Source: Phoronis australis
Taxonomy: Eukaryota; Animalia; Phoronida
Direction of reading: 5' to 3'
DNA: 64,000 bases
NCBI GenBank assembly: GCA_002633005.1
Contig: NMRA01000056.1
Coordinates: 505,165 to 569,164 of the forward strand
Shown here: positions 1 to 13,600 of the stretch, in pieces
Layout: each line of letters opens with the position of its first letter
Numbering within the stretch: position 1 is the first letter of the stretch
Position numbers and translations under genes: made by a program
The notes under the pieces: model-generated
What the model was told of the DNA's origin: nothing
What the model saw: only the letters and a program-made list of their open reading frames with translations
Database searches by the model: none

Positions 1-2849
1 TGAACCGACAGGATGTATGGCATATTTGGTGTCCTACAATGGACCAACTATAGGGGGCGCTAGAGATTCTTACATTACTGTTCTTAAAAAGTTATTCAGG
101 GTTGAGGTACTGTACATACCATAGAGATTTCAGAATGAAGCTAAACGGACTGATCATCACTTAACCTGGAGGTAGCTCGATTTGTCTTGCTATCTAGAAA
201 AAGAATGTGCTGCGTATCAAAGGCTTTGTCACAATACAATCGCGAGAAAATGGAGCAAAATGAGTGGGAGCTGACTTTAAGCTTTGATTCGCATTCGAGA
301 CATGTTCTGGCTACGGTTCCCCCATTTCTATAGTCCTCTGACATTCCGAGAACTTGGTGCCACTTGGCCTTGACACTGATGAGTGCCAGTGATGTGAGTC
401 TCTCCCTGCAGATAAAGCAACATGTACATCCAATAGGTAGACCGCAGGATGGTCCAGGCTTCAGCACAAATTGTTTATGATGATTCATGGTGACTGCCTG
501 TGTTTACACTTCCCAGCCGTTGCACCATAAGGTAGAATGCATATCTAAACATACACTGTCTTTGTTCCTCCCTGTCTGATGGCTGGATTACGTTACATCT
601 TCTTCTAGAAATGTATGAGCACCTCCAGAGAATTTAAACATGAGCTGTCTGCTTGGGTCATGGATGAGCTAATGGACAAAGCATGTTTATTTGCAGGCTT
701 ATGAATGTCAGGCAGTCACGCTCACAGGTTCCATATTTTTACTGGGGTTGGACTGAAGTCTTCCTACATTTGTTACTTTAACCCTCAGCGCTAGACAGAA
801 CAAGTTAGAACGTGAATCTGAAATATTGTCGTTTTGATATCCCGGTCCTCGATGCCTCGATTTTGGGCACCCATGCTTCTATGAAATAATTTTTAAATTG
901 CGTGGAATTGTCATCAATCAGACCCTAAAATTCCTCTACAGTGACTAACAAAAATTCCCCTCAACATCAGAATCAAGACCAGTGTGACTACATATTTATT
1001 TCAAAACAGTTGACATGCATTCAATTTAACACTTACTACTGTTTAGTTCTAAAAATAAGCAAAAGAATTGGAAAAACACCCTGTTTGACATATTAATAGT
1101 TATCAATACAAGGATTAGATGACTGCCACTATGTGAACCTTATGTGTCGTATACAAAACGTTTGGGCAAAATTTTTCGTTAGAAAAATCTCTGTAACGGA
1201 TGCAGGTGCATTGATCTAAGTACCTGGATATACGGCCATTTTTTATTACTTTAACCTATGACGCTGTCTTTTCCTCTGAGCATTTTGTTCACCAGGTGGT
1301 GCTACTTGCCTTCCAACTCAGTCTTATTGAGTGTCCGTATGTTTCACATGCATGAAAGTGTATTTTGTCCGAATTGATTCATGTAAGAGTCGTTTGTTGA
1401 GATTCATAGACAGTAAATAATACTGTTAGTTCAGTAATAGGTATGCATTACATTAAAGAGAGGGATGGAGTCTTGTTAGAATAAGTTTATAAAGAATGTT
1501 AAATGTGTTAATTGTTGAAATGAGTTTAATGTAAAATGTACTGATAATTTCTCCACGGCATTAATATCTATGTTTTACTTGTACGTGTTCAATCAAAATG
1601 GCTGCTTCATTAAAAGTACTACTTTTCATGAGGGCCTTGACAAGTTCAACAGAAAATACAATATAATACAATACACTCAAATTTTTAATATAATGCAGAA
1701 ACAAGAACATGACATAACATGTCATGTCCATGCTCATGCAACCATCACTTATCCAGGAGATGCAGTGATAATTTGTACTCACGACCTCCATGCCTTCATA
1801 TCCAGGTGGCGCTTGTGTCTTTGTTAAATAGTCTATTGGCTTTGTCTTTTGACTTTCAACCAAAAAAGCAGCCTGTGAATGGCCTGGCCTGTTTCATGAA
1901 AACAGGCGAAGACCAAGTTCAAAATCTGGGCTACTTGAAGTCGAAAGATCGAAATCTGTGGTCTGCTAGGGTAGACAGAAGATGGAATGTTCCGAGAAAT
2001 GGAAAAGACAAAGAATCAGTTTTTGGCTCTTCATAGTCAGATTTCTTACTTTTGGACCAAAGTTAATAGCCTCTTCGACAAACAGCCCCTCCCCCTACTT
2101 ATTTCTTTAAAATGGCAAATGTGAAACGAATATGTCCACATGCAGTTATAATCAAGTGATATGTTTGCTGACTTACTTCAGTGATGTCAGTACAAATGTT
2201 ATTTCACAGATATGTCAGCAGCCTGTTTACGAGAGTGATACTTGTTATTGTTCTCAGCATATCCTGTTCAGTGTTGTCATCCTAATATTCTTAAAATCAC
2301 GCTTTGGAAAATGATGTTATCGAAGTTTCGGTCATTGGCATTGTAAGCGTTGGTGAGCGTGATGCATCATGCATGGTTAGTTTACATGCAAATTAATTAA
2401 TGACTGGAACAAGTATTTTGATAGCAGTTGAACCGAAAAAAACATGAACCTCTTACAAATTGTTAAAGGATGTCATCCATAATTTAAGAAAATATCAAAT
2501 GTGAACTGTTTTGAAGTGGCCAAAGAAATTTGTTTGTTTTTGTTAAATCTTGGCAAATGTGTTAGCTGGTGTAGCTAGTGCCCCAACCAGTGGGTGCTCA
2601 CAGTGATAATTTTATGAGCTCACCCCTCACTGAGCCAACTGTGCCTTAAAATTGTGTTGCCATGGCAACTTGTTTTGTCTTTAATAATTTGCAACTTCGT
2701 ACATATTCTAACAGGACGACAAAACTGATCAAAAGTAATGTCATTGACCAATACAACAGTGTTGCCGTAGCGATGTGGCTTTATGTGTTTAGTTAAAAGT
2801 GAATTGCAATTTAGTCATTGAGACCAATCACTATGGTGATTCTCTATTT

Positions 2850-3060
2850 ATTTTGCACAAAAATAATTGCCAAAACTGTCATTTTCCATTTTTCATAGGC
2901 TAATTACCCTGCTGCAAGTCACTGAAACTTTACCAAATGTTGTTTCACGATATCTTTCCACTGCAAACCATGCTGGTAATAGACTAAGATGTTATGAATG
3001 TTAACTCTTGTTGAGAAATGTGACGAAACTGAATTTCACTAGTCGGCCATACTGTGTGCT
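2850..3060 (+). repeat. About 200-bp dispersed repeat family member; related copies at ~11680-11875 (-), ~14986-15020 plus 16265-16400 (+, split), ~30175-30360 (-) and ~43075-43200 (+)
   Basis: Shared blocks TTTGCACAAAAATAATTGC, AACTTTACCAAATGTTG and GACGAAACTGAATTTCAC, or their reverse complements; diverged, compared by eye. Confidence 0.6.
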
Positions 3061-4046
3061 TAACGCGAAAAAAATACCACGATGGCTATACAATGTATTG
3101 AGTTAACACCCAAAATCACTTGTTAAAAAGGCGTCAAAAAATTAGAATCGACAAGGCCAGAAAATACTTAACATGGTCCATAGGTCCTCCAAATTTGCCC
3201 ATAGTGTTGATGCCCTGTGAGTGGATTGATTACCCGAAACAGTGTTGTGGTCACCGGACTGTAGGGCGAAAATTTAGATTTTGTGTTGTCAATTTTTTGG
3301 CAAAAACTAAGTCATGGAAAATATTCATCAGTATGGTCCTGGTTTGTGAAAAATCAATGAATAAGGATAGTGATTTGGATTTAGGTCGGGAGTGTTAATT
3401 CAGTGTGCAGAATATTACCGTGTTTGCTCTGCTAATGTAAAACATACTCCATGTTTGCATTAAATATTGTGTGTCAAAAAGTGGAGATTTTCCTAGTCTA
3501 GAAAGTAATTTTTGAAAACTATCATCTTCACCAGCTTACTTTTATTGAAAAAACAACAGCAACGGAGTCTTGGTGTGTTGGTTTTGGCATGGTACATCTA
3601 TTGTATTTCGTGCAGAACATGATAGAGGTCACCATCTTCAGGTAGTAAAATAATCTAATATAGTCATGATGTTGTGACATGCCTCTCATCCCGCACCATG
3701 TCTGCTGTCAATTTGACGAGGGTCTTAATTGTGCACTTAGGTATAGTCGAGATTAATGATTTGTCGAGTAATTAATGAATTGGCTATGCACTCAATCATG
3801 TTTGACTGAGTTGATTAAAGCTTTTCTTCTACACCTAGAGACATCAATATGCCAACTGTAGGCATGGATTGTGCTATTGTATTCTATGCGTCACAGACAC
3901 ATTTTGCCCTGTTTGAGTGGATAAAAAACGAAATTAGAATTTATGTTCTTGACTCTCATGACATTGGTCTCGCATTCCTTTACTATAGGATTTTATTTCC
4001 TCTACAAAACGAAGATCGAAACCATCAGCAACTCCAAGAGAATACT

Positions 4047-4161
4047 TCAGAGTTTTGCTCAGAGTTTTACTCAGAGTTACTTAGTTTTGCTCAGAGTTTT
4101 GCTCAAAATTTTGCTCAGAGATTTGCTCGGAGTTTTGCTCAGAGTTTTACCAAGAGTTTAT
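4047..4161. repeat. 12-bp minisatellite (TCAGAGTTTTGC)n, about 9-10 degenerate copies
   Basis: Visible directly; explains the 'SFAQ' repeats in ORFs 3849 and 3943. Confidence 0.9.
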
Positions 4162-4611
4162 TGTAGTTGGTCATCCCTAAAGTTGCAAATTTGAGAGTGG
4201 TGCTCATACCCATTGCCTGTGACTTGAGTTACCAGTTCATTTGACGGTAATTCAAGGTCAAATGAGGATTGTAATGTTTTTAAACTCCAAAACGCTATGG
4301 CTTAAAAATTGAACATCAATAACAAAACAGGCAAAATACAGCTTTAAATGTTCTTTTTTCTTTTCACTTTAAATCTCTTCATTTTTCTTTTCACTCCCAT
4401 CAATAATAATAACCATGTTTTTGAACATTGCAGTTTATAAACATTTGATGACGCCGCAGTGCACTCTTGAGACCACCAATCAAAATGATTGAAATTATAA
4501 AAAAGACATTTTCTTTCCACTCGATCAATTCTGTGCCTTGAATTTAATGTTTGATTGTTCACCAGTGTCAAAACAGTTCTAACTCTTGCTCTTATACTTG
4601 TGTTTTTGTAG

Positions 4612-4633
4612 GTATATGATGGCCAGCTTAAAG
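4612..4633 (+). CDS. PTBP1: Candidate 22-nt PTBP exon 2a (G TAT ATG ATG GCC AGC TTA AAG = YMMASLK)
   Basis: Branch point TTCTAAC at 4577-4583, pyrimidine tract, TAG acceptor, AAG|GTAAGC donor. It ends in Lys at phase 0, so joining to 39404 gives LK-RGSDELL, like vertebrate exon 2 (VGTK/VGLK). Confidence 0.65.
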
Positions 4634-7600
4634 GTAAGCTAAACACTAATTATATTTGCTTTGCTGTGTATAATTGCCTTCAATTAGCTGTTCCTTTCCC
4701 AACTCTTTTCTTACCTCTGAACAAAATTTCCCAGCTAGACATACAACAATTAACCACGCTTGAAGAATTTACACTATTCATTTACCTGGCACTTTTAGAT
4801 GTTTACCTCTCTATTGTACAACCCTGTGTTTAACCACCAAACACACACCATTGAAAAGCCTGCCCAGCAATGCAGCCACCTACTAAAGCCCAGTGTTTGC
4901 CCCCTTAGCCTCTCCTGTTGTCCACCCCTTACAACTGCTCCAGGGCTGTCCACAAAAGCCTGCCAGACGTTTTTGTGCAGAGCCAACAATAGGCCTGCAT
5001 TGATCTGTTGCTGAAGTGTGTAATTCGCCTGTTTGATCGAGCAAATTGACTAGCCTGGACTATGCCAATACATCCACAATCCCCATCGCTAAGCAGTATT
5101 GGCAACGTGGCTTTGCTCTGAGCTTTCACCGACTGTCGGTTTTCCCCTGAGCCTTTTCTGCTCTGTGCTGTCAAACTCTCTCCGTCTCACACCTTCACTG
5201 TACACCCTTTCTACAGCTAGATCTCCAACGTCATGGCAACGCAGGTGAGTCTATTATTAAACAGCACACACGTGCTTTCTATTGATGTTTTAAGTTTTGT
5301 TAAGTTTGGCGTTTTTACTAAGATCACAAACGCATGTTTGACATAATGTATGTATTTTGCCGTAACTGTAAATGACCTGGCACTTACTATCCAGTAGTAA
5401 AAAATCGAGGTCTGGGGATTTAGCCGAACACATCGCAAAACGTGGTTGCTTGAAAGGTATTCTAAAATTTGGGGATGGGAGTTAAGTTAAAAATCGTCGG
5501 TGTTCACCCATGTGGTTATGGTAATACATGCACTTGAGCCTGTAAAGGATGTAACCCATGCTTTGATTCTAGGGTCGAAGATTGGCTTCACTTGCTTTCG
5601 AAATACACATAAAAGTCCTAGTGAAATTTCTCTCACCAGACCTAAAACTTCCCCTTTATTGATAGAAATATTTCCCTGAGGTTGGCATCAGTTTCAATTC
5701 ACGCAGGCCGAGGGTCTCCAGAGGGGTCTTTATTTAACGTCAAAAGTTCGCAATGTCATGACTTGTAGGGAACAAGCCCTGGACAAGCCCTGAATGGAAG
5801 GCACAGGCACATTTCTCTCCAAGTAACACCAGCCAAGAACAGTGTCAAAGAGGATGTTTATTTTCTTAATTTGAGTTCCCTTGGAATTCCAGTTTGTTCT
5901 TGTTTTGTTACACTTCATAACTTGTAGGGTTCTTCCTAATTGATTTGTCTGCAGTGTAGCTCTTTGTTAGACAACAAGCAGTGCTATAATCTATTGAACT
6001 GTCTACTGTGATAATGTGGAGGATGTTGTCACATCAGACCTTGAGGATAGTAGGAACTGGTTGGTCCCACCAACATGTTTCTCACCGTGATCTTTCCAAA
6101 AGATGGGTGCTCTCCCCAGAGTTCGAGCACTTGTCTCCTTCCAAAGGTTGACTGTTATCTCCCGGGTGATCATAGCTTTGTCTTCAGTGTGTGTTTCACA
6201 ACAGAAAACACAGACTAGGAATAAGCCATTTCACATTCACATGGAATGTCCAGGTTCACACTTTGGATGACTTGTATGTCGTCATGGGGATTTCATAATG
6301 TACAATGAACTGGTGCGAAACATCGCTGAATGGCCCCATGTACCTAACGAACGACTCGTCTCCCGTGTGTTCAAACTCGACATAATCTTTGAAGACGAAC
6401 CAAACTTTTTGTGCCGAAATCCACTAACTTGCAACTGCGACAAGTCGAAGCATGCCTTGGAGAACACTCTTACTTAACTATATTGTCAGTGTTTAGTCGG
6501 ACTCGCAAGTCCAGCATTTCTTACAGTGTCATCGGTTGCAGATAGTGCATTGCCATTTTTTCCCATACCGACCAGCATACTCTTTTCAAATGTTTCAGTT
6601 CTAAACCGTTCAAACAACTGGACATTCACTAAACATCTAGAGAGACAGAAGGAGAGCCATGTGTAAGGGTTACATCACCCAAGCCTTTTGTTGGAAAGAA
6701 GCTGGCAATTACTGTATCATTTTTTGACATCTTTCAATCTTAGTTACTGTTACCATGTCATTTAGTGCTGGAGATGCTCCCATAAAAAATGGCTTGATAT
6801 TTGCTCAAATTCCGCTTTCACGTTCACGTATAACACAGTTGTGCTGTCTACAATAATGGTTGACTCGAAATTCACTGGAGCTAGATTAGCAAGGGTCATG
6901 CCCATACCAATGTCTGCAGTCAGGTGATCACGTTGAACACTATCACACAAAAGTCTCCATGCTTCACCATTTTTAACCCCTAAAAGATATTTTCTGAACC
7001 TCAATGAACAAAAAATCTTAATGTGTTCATGTCACAGGACTGCCATTTTTTAAAAACTTTGGCTTTGAATGTAAATTTCTAAAAATCAAAACTGCAGACG
7101 ACTTTGTGTTTGAACTACCGTATACTCATGGACTATATCTCAGATTTTTATATACTCTCCAAAAGATATTGTCTGTCAAAGTTCTGTTTTTAAAAATTGT
7201 TGCAAGTTTTCATATTCGACTGCTGTTGTCTTCGTAGTTAGAAAGAAAAGTCAAACATCTGAGATGCAATTCTCTCAGCCATAAGTTGTTAAATGAGGAT
7301 AAATTTCGTGTAAAAGGACACGCACCGAAAAGAAGGGTTTAACACTGCTTAAAATGTCGGAAATCAAAAGGCCTGAAAATGGCTGATAAAGATTTGCCAA
7401 CTAATTGTAACATGTTCATCATGTCACTGACACTTTATGCTCTGTTTTATTCTTGTTAATCTGGCCAAGCCATTTCTTTGGTGCAAGTTTAGTTGGCACT
7501 TTTATACCAGTGCTAATTGCCCGGACATCACATCCAGATGACAGGTGTACCCATCTGCTTGGAAAATTTTATAGGTAATAGATACTGTAGGAAATGACCT

Positions 7601-10600
7601 CATAGAATGAGGGCATAATCATTGATTGGTATAAAAAGTGTTAACTACCCGTTAATGGTATTTGCTACACACGCATGAAACCATTGCATGACTAGCCAGT
7701 TTGAGGATTGTATAAAATGTTATCGGTCAAAAAATTGGCTGATATTTGAGAAATTGTTGAGTGTCAAAATTTCCTCTTCTCTCAATCTTAATAATAAAAA
7801 GAATCCATTTTCAACTTGAATTTCAGTGTCCCAGATTTGATAAACAATTCCAGACTGGAGAATTTTTCTGTAATATGTTAGCCAAGTCTCGTCAAGTTTG
7901 GAAGTCATGATTGAGCTCGAATTCTTATGACATGTTCAGAATGTAAAAATCTGGTCCAAAATGGTTTTGTACAACATTTTTTTGTAGTCAACATCTGTTC
8001 ACCGTTCGTGTGTAGAATTGACCAATCGCAATCTCCGTCCCTTGAGAAAAGTCAACAAACAAACAATAAGTTTTACCTGATAACTTTTTTTTGTCAGGTA
8101 AAATGGCGGCTTGGAAATGAATGTGTGTCTTGAGTGCTGTATTCTGATTGGTCAGTTAAGCTGTCACTCAAAATCCAGGCGACAGGTCAATTACCCACAA
8201 GATTGGAACGTGTGTGCCCTTCACGTAACATGTGGTGATAGACATTAGTAGAGACCGGAAGACATGCGTGATTTCAGAGTATGATTATTTCAGTGTTTAC
8301 AAATTACAGCGACCATATTTTATCTGTCCACAACAGAGGGTAAAAGTTGATGTTCAATGTGGCTGTGGGAACAAGCGTAAACTGTTTCATGCGCACGAGA
8401 TATAGCCGTGTTGTGCGAATGTTTTGTCTGTAACTATAAATTACGCGCTCAAATTTGAGCGTTGAGCCCATTCACAGGAATTTTTCACACACACAAAGCT
8501 ACACCTTCAAGATTTTTTCACTTACGAGAACATCAACTGTCGGTAATGTTAGTAGGACGATGTCATGCCCTCGTCTTGTAAAGTACCTTGTCAAAAATGC
8601 GGTGTCATAAAATACTATTGTTGTGCAGTGATTATTTCCAGGGAGAGTGCGTTCTGGGATAATTGCCACTTAATGTTGCAGTACACGCCAAAAGTAAAAC
8701 AAAACATTGGTTCTCCGTCATGACTGGCCGTTGTAGCTACTTTGGTGGTGAATTCCGCTCACACTCTGTCATGCTGGGGAATAGGGCTGTTCCTCATTAG
8801 ACGACAATAGAACTCTCCATTGTCCCAGATGTAAGGAAGCACGTCACCTTGTTTTGGAAATCTGGCACATGTCGTATCTCTCATTGATGTCAGGAAGGCA
8901 AAGAATTTCATACTACGCATTCCCGCGTATTTGTACAGTTTGTCAAACCTTCTCACGTTGGAGTTGCAGCCCACAACACAGCAGTTATACTTCATTGGTA
9001 TTGGAAGGACAAATAGAGTAATGCAACCGAGAAAAACTTGAAAAGAATCAGACAACAGCAAACAGCATGTGAAACTCCAGTGGCACGAAAACGAGGCAGC
9101 AAATGTGCCTGGCGGATGTTTGTGGCATTGTGGCTAAATACAGCGAGATTTGAGTGTATCTGTGTAATCCGGGACAGCCCTATTGCGGGTCATGTTATCC
9201 AATTTTGTTGGCTTGTACTGTACATTGAGCGTTGGTTACCTGTTAACAGCTTTCATTAGAAAATGTGAATGGCTGTCTAAATTCCACCATTTCTGTTGCA
9301 GGATTACAAAGTGGAAGTCATCCTCTTATGCACTTGAGCAGGGCAGACCCAATTATTTGATTATTGAATTACTTTCAAAATAACAAGGTTAATCTCGTCA
9401 TTTGTTGGAACTGAAGTTAGGCTTAATTAAGTCTGAAGGCAATCCTGTTACCTAATAATTTGTTTGAAGCCCTAAATGGCATCCACAGTTGACTTTTAAT
9501 TCTGAAACAATGACCGACAAACTATTTCCTCTAGCTTACAGGTACATTCAGCTATGGCCTTTCATGTTGCTATGGTGATTGTAGTGAAATCTCACTAATT
9601 ATGGACTTTTTTAATTGTGAATGCCTCCACTTTCTCAAATTATGATAGGCACGGTACAGAATTTAAAGAACGGCAAATCATTTACTTCGTGGTACTTTTC
9701 TTTCATAAAAAATAAAAAATCACTTCTCCACCAAATTATGTCTTGAATTGGTGTTTTTATTAGATTTGAATTTTACTACATGTAATGTAGCGACAGCCTG
9801 GTAAATTCTATTTTCGGCTTGAATTTTGATGTCCATGTGTTAGAGACTGACCGAAACCGAAGAATTTTTACCGTAGGTATCGGAAAAATGAAAATTAAGA
9901 TATGGAATGGGTATGTCCAAAATTGAACTCTCCTTTGCCACAGAGGTATTTTACTTATGATTGACCTCTGGTAAAAATTCTTATATTTCAGGACACGGTA
10001 TGGCAGAAAAGGAAAAGTTCATTATGTCAAGTTTCTTAACAAATTTGTACTATATAGCTGTCACCCAGCAACATAAGATGAAGTGTCAGATATATGCAGC
10101 AGTGGAGTAAGCGTATGGAACATTAAAAATGACACTAATTTTAGCAATTGTTTTGTTACATCGTACACCAAGTTGAATTTTGACTACTATCTGAAATGTC
10201 TGGCATTTTTAAGTCTAATCGGACACGCAAAGAATGATGGGCTGTGAGCTCACAGTTGTTTGTCGAACTTGTCAAATATGCTGGCGATGACACTGTAACT
10301 CTGGCTGAATGACGTATTGGTGCGCAGAAAAGATGCCATGCAAATTTCACACGCAGAAAAGATGTGACTTATGTTTACTTATTCAACAGTTAGTTTTGCA
10401 TGAATTAAAGAGCTTCGGAGTACTTTGATTATTTCCATTGTGGGGTGATTCGAGTTTGCTCCTTGGACACTGAATGCTTGCCATATATGAAAAAATAGGT
10501 TTGCCGCATGACATGAGACGGTCATGCATGTCACTAGTTATTTTGCCTTCGAAGTTAAGCTAAGTTGGGATTTGGCTCATAAAACTGAGAAAAGACAAAC

Positions 10601-13600
10601 TCTGTTGAAAAATAATTTGTTGTTGCATAGAATGAGATTCTTACTGATTACAGTCTTTGTAAGTGATGATTTCAACTTTTGTTGCAACACTGAAGAAGAA
10701 CAGCATTAGATGCCCCCTGCGATGACCTCAAGCACAGTGCGACATAAAATTGATACGGTTTCCGCATTTGAAAGAGCGCCTTACTAATTTGAGAATTAAT
10801 TCGGTGAAGTAAATTATGAGGGAGTGCTCACCTGAGCATTGGGGCGTAATTCGAAATTCTCAAAAGTTGAAGGTGGGCGCTTAGCCGTGCTTGGAGCGCG
10901 TAACACACAGTTTCTAAAGTAGGGGGTTAGCATGGGCGCTAACTTAAATGTTTATGGTAATTACTCATGATAAAGAAATAGACAGCATAAGGCAAAATGT
11001 CTGTGATGCAACTTTTGGGACCTCAGGGACTGTAAACTAGACACGATTTGAGTAGGTCTGTCTATCAAAAGAGTGAAAAAGTGAAAAGTCTCGGATTCAT
11101 AGGGCGACTCTTGATGTAATCAGCTTATTATGTATGGCCATGAAATCATGTCATCCACTGAACAAAGACTATTCTAGTTTTAAGTTTGCAATCTCTGCTT
11201 TCCTAAATGAGGCTGCATGGGTCTTTAAATCAGTTTTTAGATTATTTTGTTTCTGATTTCAGTATTGTAAATAAATTGAACATTGTTATGGATCAGAAAC
11301 AGTTTGTAGGAGCCAGGTAGTTTCATCTGAGAAATGATTTTCTGTGTTAGTGCCTTGAATCGATCAATAATACTGGTGTGTATTTATGGCCTCTGGAAAA
11401 GTATTTCAATAACTGAACTGCTTTCTGATATATTAATTGCGACATTGGCATTTAAGTGTTTGATAATAAACATGGCATTCATTAATTGCATTTGATGAGT
11501 CTGACTTTTACTAACTTCAATTGAATTCAGATGTATAAATCTAGCGCCAAGTTAGAACTTGGTTAAATTTTGATATTTCAATGAAACTTTAGCCAACTTC
11601 AAGTTTTGAAACTTGAAACTTAACTAAGATGTCAAAGCATTCTTGGGGTTTAAAGCAAACTAATATCACTTATTTAGCTCGCAATATGGCCGTCAAGTGA
11701 AATTCAATTTTGTCAAATTTCTCCCCAAAATTAAAGGTTAAGAAACGTTTAGTGCGTTGCTAGCCGTGGTTTGTGTAGGTGTCACAAAACAACATTTAGT
11801 AAAGTTTCCATTATTTGTTGCAAAGTAACCAGCATTTGAAGATTGGAACTTTTGCAATTATTTTTGTGCGAAATTAGGGGAGAGTTGGCATATCTTCAAG
11901 GTAATCCTGCTCCTTATTTCAAGGTTATCCTGCTCCTTGTTTCAAGGCCTACAAGCACAGATTGGTTAAACCAGGGCCAATTTGGTCCTCAAGGCATGAT
12001 GTGCTAAATTCGAGCCCTATGCCGAATTTTTGTTGCCGTTTTTAGAAGCATTTGTCAAACCTCCATGTTATGAAAGCTGAATTAGAATTCCAGGTTACTT
12101 CATGATGATTATCCTTATTTCCTTTGAGAACCTGTCATCACACAAAACTTGATTCCTGATAAGGCTGCGGGGTTCTCCCTTGAGAGGAATCCTAACGTGT
12201 TTCTGTTATGCTAATCCGTAGTTATCCCTAGATATAAATTACAATTGGGGAGAGTGTCGTTTTTTCCGAATGATTAATAATAGGTATCGTGCAATATTTC
12301 AATAATTTGCCTTTCCGCGAAATGTGTAACGGGGAAAACTCAGCCTTTTCAAACATTGTTCAGCATTTCTGAACAATGGGCAGGAATTTTGAAAAATGCA
12401 TCCCAAGGCTGGCAGGTCGCCAGTACGACCTCAGATTTGTTTGGTGACCTGGTAAATATCCCAGGTTGCCACAAAGTCGCCAAGCACGCATCCAAGCACG
12501 CTCTCGACATAGTACAGGAAGTAAACAGACGGAAGTCGGAATCGTTCGGCGAAAATCGTTTGTGAGTCATGCACAATTAGCAAGCAGCTTTAAGAGGTGA
12601 GCCAGCGCAGGATATTGGGCTCGAGAGTGCCCATCCTCTCTACTTTTGATAATTTTCAATTAAGCGTCAACTGCATGGATTTGCTCCCACCCGTAATTTG
12701 CTTCACGGAATCGATTTTCAATGGAGGTGAGCTTTCAAATGCGGAAACGGGATCAGTTATGATTTGCAATGGGAGTTAGGGGCGTCACCAGTTTCGCAGT
12801 GTTAAGATCCATATCCCGGCCTGGCTTACCTCCTAAGCTAAAGTGACAGTCGTGTTGAGATCATGTGACATTTTGTGACGCAGGCCTGTTCCATGTTTGC
12901 CATGTATTCAGTGTCAAGGGAGCAAACTTGAATCTCCCGATTAATGGAAGTCCGCAAAAACTCAAAAGTATTTCGAACATTTTTTGTTGTTAGTTTATTT
13001 AAAGTTACTTACTGAATAAGTAACCATTATAAGACACAAGATCTTTATCTTGGGAACTTTGCACCATCATTTCTGCTTATAAATGCACCACTTTACCAGG
13101 GCATACAACACCTCGCGGAAAATTTTCAATTGTTTCAGACGCAAAATATCTGGGAATGAAAAGGAGGGAATTTAAAGCACTTACGTAGATTTTTGTAACT
13201 CTGCATCTTCAACGACTTCAGCGACATCTATATAGCCAGTCCTAGAATATTGACGGATGTTTTTTCAACATAAATTTCCTATTTGAAATTTCATTTTTTG
13301 CATACTTAGCTACTTGAATTCACGTTTAAGTTAGGAACTGCTGATTCAACTTCGGTGTCAGCTACTAGCCTTGCAACAAATTCTTTGAACTTCGGGTCTT
13401 TGGACTTCAATTTCGAATGTCATAGGGGGCCATGGTAACTATGTGGCTCGGTTTAAGCGCCCATGCGCTTACAAGCTCGCACCCCTCGTTTCTCGAAATT
13501 TCCAATTTCTGTGCCCATCTTCGGGTTAAGCCATGGCAACTGTGGTTCGGGTTAAGTGCCCATGCACTTAGTAGCTCCCACCCCCAGTTTCTCGAAATTT

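Noticed and set aside
141-3400. Assorted 60-115 aa ORFs at the start of the window
   Set aside because: No domain similarity, coding bias or consistent splice signals; expected by chance in intronic DNA.
3849-4194. ORFs with repetitive SFAQ/LLRV peptides
   Set aside because: They are by-products of the 12-bp minisatellite.
6230-6478. Coding-looking stretch (..[30 protein letters not shown]..)
   Set aside because: Short, interrupted by stops, with no recognisable family or splice signals.
8071-8102. TTTTTTTTGTCAG|GTAAAA as a recursive splice site
   Set aside because: It is one arm of a TTTTACCTGA/TCAGGTAAAA palindrome inside a dispersed repeat also present at ~41400.
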